Below are positions 25,213 through 32,991 of a stretch of 64,000 bases of DNA, one piece after another; positions within the stretch are counted from its first letter, which is position 1, and each line of letters begins with the position of its first letter. Both the position numbers and the translations under genes were made by a program. Under the pieces are notes generated by a model. It made no database searches, was not told the origin of the DNA, and saw only the letters and a program-made list of their open reading frames with translations. Source of the stretch: Candidatus Staskawiczbacteria bacterium. GTDB lineage: Bacteria > Patescibacteriota > Minisyncoccia > Minisyncoccales > Staskawiczbacteraceae. The stretch spans positions 1,299 to 65,298 of the forward strand of contig JAPLYZ010000012.1 in assembly GCA_026395295.1 (NCBI GenBank), given 5' to 3'.

Positions 25213-25723
25213 AAAAATAATTTTCTCGGTACTGATTTTTTCCGGATTTTTTTGGGCGAATATGGCCAAGGCTATTTGCCCGCTTTGCGTTGTGGCGGTT
25301 GGCGCGGGACTTGGGCTTTCAAGATGGCTGGGAGTTGATGACGTTGTTTCATCAATATGGATAGGAGCCTTGCTGGTTTCTTTAAGTGTTTGGACCATAA
25401 TTTGGCTTAAAAAGAAAAATTGGGTTTTCCCTTTTAGCGGGGTGGTTATTTTTTTGGCGTATTATTTGTTAACGCTTGTTCCGCTTTATTACAGCGACAT
25501 AGTGGGGCATCCGTTAAATAAAATTTGGGGAATTGATAAAATAATTTTTGGATCAGCCGTAGGTACCGCGGTTTTCTTGCTGGCTATGTTGCTTCACAAA
25601 TTTTTGAAAAACAAAAACAACGGGAAATCATTTTTCCCATATCAAAAAGTCGTTTTTCCAGTGGCAGCTTTATTATTAACAAGCATAATTTTTTATTTGC
25701 TAATTACATGGAGGATAATTTAA
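25193..25723 (+). CDS. hypothetical integral membrane protein with CPLC motif
   Basis: Five or more TM helices with CPLC at the start of TM2. No family recognised. Confidence 0.5.
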   Translation: MQLVSNKKIIFSVLIFSGFFWANMAKAICPLCVVAVGAGLGLSRWLGVDDVVSSIWIGALLVSLSVWTIIWLKKKNWVFPFSGVVIFLAYYLLTLVPLYYSDIVGHPLNKIWGIDKIIFGSAVGTAVFLLAMLLHKFLKNKNNGKSFFPYQKVVFPVAALLLTSIIFYLLITWRII

Positions 25724-26232
25724 AAATAAATGATTTTATAAAAAAAGTTCAGTCAAGCAAAAAGAGCGAACTGGACTTGTCTTCTGATGAAGATTTATCA
25801 ATTGCCATAATGAATTTAATTTCCATTGAGGAGCATTTTTTCTTTACCGGAGCTAAAACCGGCAAACCCGAGTATTACGATTTGTTGAGCACTGCCAGAG
25901 AGATGAGAAAAGATTTGCTGAAAAGAATTATTAAAGATTACGAAGGCGAGGTTTGGTGCATTTCAAAACATTTGTTGTCGGCTTCAATGAGATTAATGGA
26001 AGTTGGCACAAAAGCTCAAGGCCAAGGTAGAAAACAAGACGCAGAAGAAATGTTTAAAAAAGCTTACGAATTATACTCTTTGTTTTGGGGAATAAACTTA
26101 AAGCTTGTCAACTTAGGCGACGTAAAAAAAATTGATAACAACCAAATAGACAGGAAAGATACAGATAAAAAGGGGATTATGGGAAAGCTTGGTCAGGTGG
26201 TCCAGTATGTGATTAACTGCTGTAAAGAATAA
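25708..26232 (+). CDS. hypothetical protein
   Basis: 174-aa helical ORF ending in CC-K-E. No family recognised. Confidence 0.45.
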   Translation: MEDNLKINDFIKKVQSSKKSELDLSSDEDLSIAIMNLISIEEHFFFTGAKTGKPEYYDLLSTAREMRKDLLKRIIKDYEGEVWCISKHLLSASMRLMEVGTKAQGQGRKQDAEEMFKKAYELYSLFWGINLKLVNLGDVKKIDNNQIDRKDTDKKGIMGKLGQVVQYVINCCKE

Positions 26233-26240
26233 AAATAATG

Positions 26241-26271
26241 AAAAGCCACCTTTTAATTTAGGTGGTTTTTT
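26241..26271 (+). terminator. intrinsic terminator
   Basis: aaaagccacc-ttttaattta-ggtggtttttt. Confidence 0.7.
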
Positions 26272-26303
26272 GTTAAAGTATAATAATAGATAGAGTTTAT
26301 TAG

Positions 26304-26380
26304 TAAAAACCAGTGGGTTCATATTTCACGCGATAGCGTAGTTTCTGAACCGGCTAAGAAAGTTTAATTTTCAAAAATAT
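26304..26380 (+). promoter_or_regulatory. conserved 77-nt leader, copy 1 (candidate cis-regulatory RNA)
   Basis: taaaaaccagtgggttcatatttcacgcgatagcgtagtttctgaaccggctaagaaagtttaattttcaaaaatat. Outer stem ggttca/tgaacc and inner stem acgc/gcgt. Near-identical to 28143-28220. Confidence 0.55.
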
Positions 26381-28042
26381 ATGAATCAAGAAACTAGAAT
26401 TTGTCAGAATTGCAAAAAGGACTTTGTAATTGAGCCCGAAGATTTTGATTTCTACGAAAAGATAAAGGTCCCTGCGCCTAAATCGTGTGCGTGGTGCAGA
26501 CAGCAGCATAGAATGCTTTTCCGTAATTTTAAAACGCTTTACAAGCGCAACTCCGATCTTTCAGGGCAATCTGTAATTTCTATGTATTCTCCCGAGTCTC
26601 CCTATAAAGTATGGACACACGATGAATGGTGGTCTGACAATTGGGATCCAAAGTCATATGCCAAAAAGTTCGATTTTCAAAAACCATTTTTTGAACAATT
26701 TCATGAGTTGCTTCTTGCTGTCCCGCGGTTTGCAATTATGAATACAAAAAGCGAGAACTGTGAATATTCTAACTTCACAAATGGATCAAAAAATTGCTAT
26801 CTTGTTTTTGGTTGCATTGATGACGAAGAGTGCGCTTATGGTCATATTGTTTGGGAGTCTGAAGACTCTTTTGATAATCTTTATCTACATAAGTCAGAAC
26901 TTTGCTATGAGTCAGTTGATTGCCTGGGTTCTTACCGTTTGTTTTATTGCCAGGAATGCGAAAGTTGTTCAGACAGCATTGGGCTTTTTGACTGTAAGAG
27001 CTGCCAAAATTGCATAGGTTGCGTTGGTTTACGACAAAAATTATATCACATTTTTAATGAGCCAGTTGGAAAGGAAGAGTATGAAAAGTTCGTTAAAGAG
27101 CACCCGTTTACCAACCCTGAAACTGTGTCTTTTATTTTGAAGAAGCAGCGCGAGTTAAGGCAAGCACTGCCGCAACGAAGTTTTTTTGGCTCGCACAATA
27201 ACAATGTTTCCGGCAACCACGTTTACAACGGTAAAAATATGCGCGATTGTTTTGATGTGAAAGGTGGGGAAAACTCCAGGTTTATTTTTACTTCCCGACA
27301 AACTGTCGATTCTTATGATGTCAGTTTTTCGCCGAATATTGAGCTTGTTTATAACTCACTGGCTACATTAAAATCCAATCGCGTTTTTTTCTCGCACCTG
27401 GTTAATGAGTCAAGCGATGTGTATTATTCCGATTGTTGCTTTACATCTCACAATCTTTTCGGTTGCGCCGGTTTGCGAAACGCAGAATATTGTATTTTTA
27501 ACCAGCAATACTCTAAAGAAGAATATGAAGAGCTGGTTCCTCAAATTATTGATCACATGAAAAAAACAAGAGAATATGGAGAATTTTTCCCAATTCGTCT
27601 TTCGCCCTTTGCATATAATGAATCGATTGCCCAAGAATACGCGCCGCTTTCAAAAGAAGAGGCAATAGCAGGGGGCTTTAAATGGGTTGATGATTTGCCA
27701 AGCACCGTGGGCAAGGAAACAATTGAACAGGAAAAACTTCCCAAAAACCCGGATGAGTTTGGCGAAGCGCTTCTTTCGCATATTTTAAAATGCGTAAAAT
27801 GCGGAAGAAACTATCGTCTTATACAAAAAGAAATAAACTTTTATAAACGTATGCGGTTTCCCTTGCCACAAGAATGTTTTAATTGCCGGCACGCAAGAAG
27901 AATGGCCATGCGAAACCCAAGGAATCTTTGGTCAGGAATTTGCGCCAACTGCGGAAAACAAATAGAAACTTCGTATCCGCCGGAAAGTCAAAAAGAGTTT
28001 AAAATTTACTGCGAGGCCTGCTATAACAGCGAGGTCGCATAG
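26381..28042 (+). CDS. cysteine-rich repeat protein, paralog A (zinc-ribbon ends, 12-residue repeat core)
   Basis: 553 aa with no signal peptide. N- and C-terminal CxxC...FY.K...P.P..C..CR...R...RN modules and two repeat blocks, each ending GC.GLR...Y.IFN..(Y)..EEYE. Confidence 0.75.
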   Translation: MNQETRICQNCKKDFVIEPEDFDFYEKIKVPAPKSCAWCRQQHRMLFRNFKTLYKRNSDLSGQSVISMYSPESPYKVWTHDEWWSDNWDPKSYAKKFDFQKPFFEQFHELLLAVPRFAIMNTKSENCEYSNFTNGSKNCYLVFGCIDDEECAYGHIVWESEDSFDNLYLHKSELCYESVDCLGSYRLFYCQECESCSDSIGLFDCKSCQNCIGCVGLRQKLYHIFNEPVGKEEYEKFVKEHPFTNPETVSFILKKQRELRQALPQRSFFGSHNNNVSGNHVYNGKNMRDCFDVKGGENSRFIFTSRQTVDSYDVSFSPNIELVYNSLATLKSNRVFFSHLVNESSDVYYSDCCFTSHNLFGCAGLRNAEYCIFNQQYSKEEYEELVPQIIDHMKKTREYGEFFPIRLSPFAYNESIAQEYAPLSKEEAIAGGFKWVDDLPSTVGKETIEQEKLPKNPDEFGEALLSHILKCVKCGRNYRLIQKEINFYKRMRFPLPQECFNCRHARRMAMRNPRNLWSGICANCGKQIETSYPPESQKEFKIYCEACYNSEVA

Positions 28043-28142
28043 CGTAGCGATATAATCAAGAAGTTGCATAAAAGGCCGAAGTCCCGCCGAAGCTTTAGCG
28101 AAGGCGGACGAAAGTTGCTACAACGCAGAAGTCGCATAAAGA

Positions 28143-28220
28143 TAAAAACCAGTAGGTTCATATTTTACGCGATAGCGTAGTTTCTGAACCCACTAAGAAA
28201 GTTTAATTTTCAAAAATATC
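28143..28220 (+). promoter_or_regulatory. conserved 78-nt leader, copy 2
   Basis: taaaaaccagtaggttcatattttacgcgatagcgtagtttctgaacccactaagaaagtttaattttcaaaaatatc. About 6 differences from copy 1. Confidence 0.55.
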
Positions 28221-29939
28221 ATGAACGCCGAAACTAAAGTTTGCCAAAATTGCAAAAAGGACTTTGTAATAGAGCCCGAGGATTTTGATTTCTACGAAAA
28301 GATAAAGGTTCCCGCGCCAACTTTTTGTTTTCAATGCAGAACAGTACGACGCCTGTCTTTCAGAAACGAACTTTCCCTTTATAAAAGAAAATGTTCTGCT
28401 CCCGGACACAACGAAGAGATGATTTCTGCATTTTCTCCAGAAAAAAATATGGTTGTCTATGATAACAAATATTGGTGGAGCGACCAGTGGGACCCCATGG
28501 ATTTTGGCAGGGATTATGATTTTTCAAAAACATTTTTTGAGCAATGGCGAGATTTCCGCAACAAATTCCCTTTTCAAAGCGTTTCTAACTCGCATAACGT
28601 GAACAGCGACTATTGTAATGTAGCCGATTACAGCAAAGATTGCTACTTGGTATCTGGTGGTTTTAAGAATGAGAAAGTCCTTTATTCAAACAGAGCAGAG
28701 GGTGACAAAGATTCCGCAGACTTATATGTGGCCCATGACAGCGAGCTTTGCTACGATAATGTCCTTTGTTCCGATTCTTATCACGTGTTTTACAGCCTCC
28801 GTTGCACCAATTGTACAGATTCTTATTTTCTTTATGATTGCCGAAACTGCTCTAATTGTTTTGGTTGCAGCAATCTAAGAAGTAAAAATTGTTATATCTT
28901 TAATCAGCCTTATACAAAAGAAGAATACTCCCAAAAAATAAAAGAGTTTAATCTTTCCAGCTTCTCGTCAGTCCAAAATTTGAAAAAGGAATTTGAAAAA
29001 ATTTACAAAAAGTCTGTTCACAGATATGCCAATATCTTAAAATCCGACAGGTCAACGGGAGATAATTTAGAAAATACTAAAAATTGCAAGTCGTGTTTTG
29101 ATATAAAAGAGGCTGAAGAAGGAAAATATAACCACTGGGGCGGTTTGCAAACAAAAGATTTCTACGATAGTGGACCGGGCACTGGTGTTGGGGCTGAATT
29201 ACTGTACGAAACTTTTGATACCGGAGTTCAGTGCTCAAGAAATTTTTTCACCAGCGTTGTTTACAGCTCGCGAGACGTCTATTATTCTTTCAATTGCTAT
29301 GATTGCTCTGATCTTTTTGGTTGTATTGGTCTGCGCAGTAAGCAATCTTGTATTTTTAACAAACAATATTCTAAAGAAGAATACAAAGCTCTGAAAGATA
29401 AGATAATTGAACATATGAACAGCATGCCATATGTGGATAAAAAAGGTCTGGTATATAAATTCGGAGAATTTTTTCCCGCAGAACTCTCGCCTTTTGCTTA
29501 CAACGAAACCGTGGCGCAGGATTATTTCCCGCTAAACAGAGACCAGGCTATTAAAGAAGGATATAATTGGCGTGATGCTGAAAATAAGAATTACAAAATT
29601 ACCATAAATGCAGAAGATCTGCCAGACGACATAAAGGATGTTGACGACTCCATCTCAAACGAGATAATTGGATGCGCGCACCATGGTAAATGCAATGATG
29701 TCTGTTCAGCGGCTTTCAGAATAATTTCACAGGAATTTCAGTTTTACAAGAAGTTGGGCATCCCTTTGCCCAGATATTGTTTTGGTTGCCGGCATGCTGC
29801 GCGATTACGTTTGCGCAATCCTATGAAATTATGGGACCGCCAGTGCGCAAAATGCGGGAGGGAAATTAAAACATCGTATGCTCCTGACCGCCCGGAAATT
29901 GTTTACTGCGAAAGCTGCTATAATCAAGAAGTGGCGTAA
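28221..29939 (+). CDS. cysteine-rich repeat protein, paralog B
   Basis: 572 aa with the same architecture as 26381-28042. The first ~33 codons are nearly identical at the DNA level; the rest has diverged. Confidence 0.75.
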   Translation: MNAETKVCQNCKKDFVIEPEDFDFYEKIKVPAPTFCFQCRTVRRLSFRNELSLYKRKCSAPGHNEEMISAFSPEKNMVVYDNKYWWSDQWDPMDFGRDYDFSKTFFEQWRDFRNKFPFQSVSNSHNVNSDYCNVADYSKDCYLVSGGFKNEKVLYSNRAEGDKDSADLYVAHDSELCYDNVLCSDSYHVFYSLRCTNCTDSYFLYDCRNCSNCFGCSNLRSKNCYIFNQPYTKEEYSQKIKEFNLSSFSSVQNLKKEFEKIYKKSVHRYANILKSDRSTGDNLENTKNCKSCFDIKEAEEGKYNHWGGLQTKDFYDSGPGTGVGAELLYETFDTGVQCSRNFFTSVVYSSRDVYYSFNCYDCSDLFGCIGLRSKQSCIFNKQYSKEEYKALKDKIIEHMNSMPYVDKKGLVYKFGEFFPAELSPFAYNETVAQDYFPLNRDQAIKEGYNWRDAENKNYKITINAEDLPDDIKDVDDSISNEIIGCAHHGKCNDVCSAAFRIISQEFQFYKKLGIPLPRYCFGCRHAARLRLRNPMKLWDRQCAKCGREIKTSYAPDRPEIVYCESCYNQEVA

Positions 29940-29940
29940 A

Positions 29941-29981
29941 CCCCGTTAGAAATAGCTCGCACAGTGTGATTTCTAACGGGG
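29941..29981 (+). terminator. 13-bp GC-rich hairpin after paralog B (terminator or palindromic element)
   Basis: ccccgttagaaat...atttctaacgggg with a 15-nt loop and a weak T-tract. Confidence 0.5.
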
Positions 29982-30039
29982 TAAATTTTGGTTGTAAAGA
30001 AAAAATAGGGTATAATGGAATATAAGCTAAATTATTTTA

Positions 30040-30165
30040 ATTATTCTAATTGCTCTAATTATTCTAAATAATATCTAATTTCCAATTTTTAAATTATTTT
30101 AAGCATTAGGCATTTTGGAATTAGCATTTGATTAGGTTAATTAGACTAATTAGGTTAATTAGAAA
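30040..30165. repeat. AT-rich 'ctaatt / aattag' word hairpin upstream of the SDR gene
   Basis: The left arm has ctaatt-type words (30044-30086) and the right arm aattag-type words (30103-30162). Includes the 18-mer taattaggttaattagaa (30147-30164). Confidence 0.65.
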
Positions 30166-30173
30166 TTTCAATT

Positions 30174-30965
30174 ATGTTTGGATTAAATAAAACAACGTCG
30201 AAGTTTTGCGACTTAAAAGGAAAAGTCGCCATTGTAACCGGAGCCGGAAAGGGAATGGGCAGGGCTGACTCGCTAAAGTTAGCCGGCGCCGGAGCTAAAG
30301 TTGTTTTAGCCGATATTTCTTTGCAAGATTGCCAATCGGCTGTTGAAGAAATTAAAAAAGGCAGGGGAGAGGCAATTGCAATAAAGTGCGACGTCAGTAA
30401 AAAATCGGAAATTGATAATGTTGTCGCCGAAACTCTTAAAAAATTCGGCAAGATAGACATTTTGGTAAACAACGCCGGCATTTATCCGTTTGAACCGTTT
30501 TTAACAATGCCCGAGCAAAATTTTGAAAAAGTGATTGATATAAATTTAAAAGGATATTTTTTAATGGCTCAGGCTTGCGCCAAGGAAATGGTAAAACAGA
30601 AGTCGGGCGCCATTGTAAACATTTCTTCAATTGCAATGGGGCAGGTGGGCGTTGGGTTTGCAGGGTTGACTCATTACTGCGCTTCAAAAGGCGGAATTAC
30701 AGCAATGTCGCAGGCAATGGCTTTGGAGCTGGCGCCATTTGGAATTAGGGTAAACTGCATTGCTCCGGGCTCAATTGATACTCCGGGCACACACACTTCA
30801 ACAATGGAACCAAAAGTGCAAGAAGCAATGAATGCCGCCATTCCCATGAAAAGAAGTGGCAAGTCAGAGGAAATTGCCAACGCGGTTTTGTTTTTGGCAT
30901 CTGATGAGTCTTCTTATATGACCGGTTCAACCATGGTTGTTGACGGGGGATGGGTGGCGGGATAG
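30174..30965 (+). CDS. SDR family oxidoreductase (FabG / glucose dehydrogenase-like)
   Basis: TGAGKGMG Rossmann motif, NNAG, the catalytic S...YxxxK (YCASK) and a PG motif. Confidence 0.85.
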   Translation: MFGLNKTTSKFCDLKGKVAIVTGAGKGMGRADSLKLAGAGAKVVLADISLQDCQSAVEEIKKGRGEAIAIKCDVSKKSEIDNVVAETLKKFGKIDILVNNAGIYPFEPFLTMPEQNFEKVIDINLKGYFLMAQACAKEMVKQKSGAIVNISSIAMGQVGVGFAGLTHYCASKGGITAMSQAMALELAPFGIRVNCIAPGSIDTPGTHTSTMEPKVQEAMNAAIPMKRSGKSEEIANAVLFLASDESSYMTGSTMVVDGGWVAG

Positions 30966-30986
30966 AATTAAGTAAAAATAATTTAA

Positions 30987-31101
30987 TCGCTCGGAAAATA
31001 ATTTTCTGCTAACGCTCGTGTCCTTCGGGCTTCGCCCTCAGGAAACTCGCTTCGACAGGCGCTTTGCGTCCTGTAATACGCTGAAAATCATTTTCCTCGC
31101 T
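30987..31101. repeat. family-2 palindromic element (~115 nt, CGCTCGG...CCTCGCT termini)
   Basis: tcgctcggaaaataattttctgctaacgctcgtgtcc...gtaatacgctgaaaatcattttcctcgct. Close copy at 62905-63012. Confidence 0.85.
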
Positions 31102-31108
31102 ACAAAAT

Positions 31109-31270
31109 ATGACAGAAGCTTATTGCGTAAAATGTAAAGCAAAAGGTGAGATGAAAGACCCAAAAGAAGTTGAAATGAACGGCAAGGGCGGAACAAAACG
31201 CTCGGCCATGACCGGCACCTGCGTAAAGTGCGGAACAAAAATGTTCAAGATAATGGGCATGAAAAAATAG
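31109..31270 (+). CDS. small zinc-ribbon protein (53 aa; DUF5679-like)
   Basis: Hand-translated MTEAYCVKCKAKGEMKDPKEVEMNGKGGTKRSAMTGTCVKCGTKMFKIMGMKK. Followed by a strong terminator. Confidence 0.6.
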   Translation: MTEAYCVKCKAKGEMKDPKEVEMNGKGGTKRSAMTGTCVKCGTKMFKIMGMKK

Positions 31271-31277
31271 AGACATC

Positions 31278-31311
31278 AAGAACACCGGCGATGGTCGGTG
31301 TTCTTTTTTTG
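31278..31311 (+). terminator. intrinsic terminator
   Basis: aagaacaccg-gcgatggt-cggtgttctt followed by a T-tract. Confidence 0.75.
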
Positions 31312-31352
31312 TTTGTTTGTTGTATAATAGAACAACATGTATAAAAAGTATA

Positions 31353-31390
31353 ATCTTACAAAACCTCAAACGTTTTAGGTTTTGTAAGAT
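31353..31390. promoter_or_regulatory. 38-nt palindrome (candidate operator) overlapping a TATAAT upstream of 31426
   Basis: atcttacaaaacct-caaacgtttt-aggttttgtaagat, a 14-bp perfect stem. TATAAT at 31349-31354. Confidence 0.5.
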
Positions 31391-31425
31391 GGGTGATATA
31401 ATAGAATAAAAAATAGAATAAAAGC

Positions 31426-31953
31426 ATGAAAATATCTGTTACTGATAAATTTCTCTGGGATGTTTATAGTTTTCTTGAGAGTGCAAATAGCGCGGCAAAT
31501 TTTATGTTTAAGGCGCCGACGATGAGGAATTGGCTGCCTGGAGAAAAAAATCCGGTTTTTGAAAAATATAGGAAGGAGAAAGGTAGGAGAGAATTTAGTA
31601 ACCTTATTTATTATTTGAAAAGGAAAGGATATATAAAAGCAAAAAATTTAGAGGGTAAACAGGGTATGTTGTTAACAAAGCAAGGGATAGACAAAGCATT
31701 CACCACCAGCTTTAAACTGGGGAAGGGGAAAAAGAGAAAAGACGGTAAGTGGGCAATGCTGATTTTTGATATGCCAAAAAGACGAAGAAAAGAGAGGGAC
31801 TTATTAAGAAGCGTTCTATGCAATTTGGGATATAAGATGTTTCAACAAAGCGTTTGGATGACTCCATATGATGTTTCTGACAAAACAGAAAAGTTACTTC
31901 AAAGATATTCATTGGATAAATATGTTAGGATATTTATTATAGAAGAATTATAA
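31426..31953 (+). CDS. putative wHTH regulator (PaaX-like, with a Cas2-like ferredoxin-fold segment)
   Basis: LIYYLKRKGYIKAKNLEGKQGMLLTKQG (wHTH-like), then WAMLIFDMPKRRRKERDLLRSVLCNLGYKMFQQSVWMTP. Assignment from memory, low certainty. Confidence 0.4.
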   Translation: MKISVTDKFLWDVYSFLESANSAANFMFKAPTMRNWLPGEKNPVFEKYRKEKGRREFSNLIYYLKRKGYIKAKNLEGKQGMLLTKQGIDKAFTTSFKLGKGKKRKDGKWAMLIFDMPKRRRKERDLLRSVLCNLGYKMFQQSVWMTPYDVSDKTEKLLQRYSLDKYVRIFIIEEL

Positions 31954-31955
31954 CT

Positions 31956-31993
31956 ATCTTACAAAACCTCAAACGTTTGGTAATTTGTAAGAT
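31956..31993. promoter_or_regulatory. second, degenerate copy of the 38-nt palindrome
   Basis: atcttacaaaacct-caaacgtttg-gtaatttgtaagat, 3 nt after the stop of 31426-31953. Confidence 0.5.
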
Positions 31994-32084
31994 ATGTATA
32001 TAGGTATAAAAGGAGAAAATGGAGGGAAGGGAGAAAGCGGAGGAGATTTGGTTTAGGATATAGAGACGTTTAACTAAAGTACAA

Positions 32085-32987
32085 ATGCAGAAGAAATATA
32101 TTGTCGGGTTTGCATTATTTTTGTTTTTCCTTAACATTCTCTGCTGGCAGGAAGTTTTTGTTTTATCAGGGCCGCGATATTTGCAGGTTGATTTTTTTGA
32201 TGTTGGGCAAGGAGATTCGGCTTTTATTCGAACTCCCGAGGGTCATAACATTCTAATTGATGGCGGTCCGGATCAATCGGTTTTGGCAAGGTTGAACACA
32301 GTCTTGCCTTTTTGGGACAAATCTTTGGACTTGGTAATTCTAACTCATCCGGAAAAAGACCACATGCAAGGACTGTTGGATGTTTTGCAAAGATATCAGG
32401 TGGATTATTTTTTGTGGACCGGCGTTATAAAAAACGACGCGGAAAATAAAAAATTGGCTGACATTTTAAAAAGGCTTGAAAGTTCAACGCAGAATTCTAT
32501 GCTGGCCGCGTTATCTCCGGAAAAAATAAAAGTAATAACAGCAGTTGCAGGACAAGAGATAAAAGCCGGCAATGTGTTGATTGATACATTGTATCCCTTG
32601 GAAGATGTGTCGGGTAAAGAGCTAAAAAATACCTCCAACGACACTTGTGTTGTCTCAAGGTTAATTTACGGCAAAATTTCTTTTCTTTTTACCGGAGACA
32701 TAAGTTCTACGGCGGAAAAAGATCTTGTAAGCGATGGGTTTAACTTGCAGTCAGATGTTTTAAAAGTGGCGCACCACGGTTCGAAGTATTCAACTTCTGA
32801 TATTTTTTTAGCGGCAGTTGAGCCCAAAATGGCTGTTATTTCAGTTGGCGCCAAGAACACATATGGGCATCCTACCCCGGAAACTTTGCAAAGACTGGAA
32901 AAATTTGGTATAAAGATATTCAGAACAGATAAAGACGGAGATGTAAATTTTATCTCCGACGGAAAAAATATAAAAGTAATAAAATAA
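32085..32987 (+). CDS. ComEC/Rec2-related metallo-beta-lactamase domain protein
   Basis: N-terminal TM, DVGQGDS, LTHPEKDHMQG (HxHxDH-like) and VAHHGS. This is the typical ComEC C-terminal MBL module. Confidence 0.75.
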   Translation: MQKKYIVGFALFLFFLNILCWQEVFVLSGPRYLQVDFFDVGQGDSAFIRTPEGHNILIDGGPDQSVLARLNTVLPFWDKSLDLVILTHPEKDHMQGLLDVLQRYQVDYFLWTGVIKNDAENKKLADILKRLESSTQNSMLAALSPEKIKVITAVAGQEIKAGNVLIDTLYPLEDVSGKELKNTSNDTCVVSRLIYGKISFLFTGDISSTAEKDLVSDGFNLQSDVLKVAHHGSKYSTSDIFLAAVEPKMAVISVGAKNTYGHPTPETLQRLEKFGIKIFRTDKDGDVNFISDGKNIKVIK

Positions 32988-32991
32988 ATTT

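Noticed and set aside
28657-29394. Short internal plus-strand ORFs (28657-28878, 29170-29394, 26760-27017) within the Cys-rich paralogs
   Set aside because: They are alternative frames of long ORFs whose main frame shows conserved, repeated Cys motifs in both paralogs.
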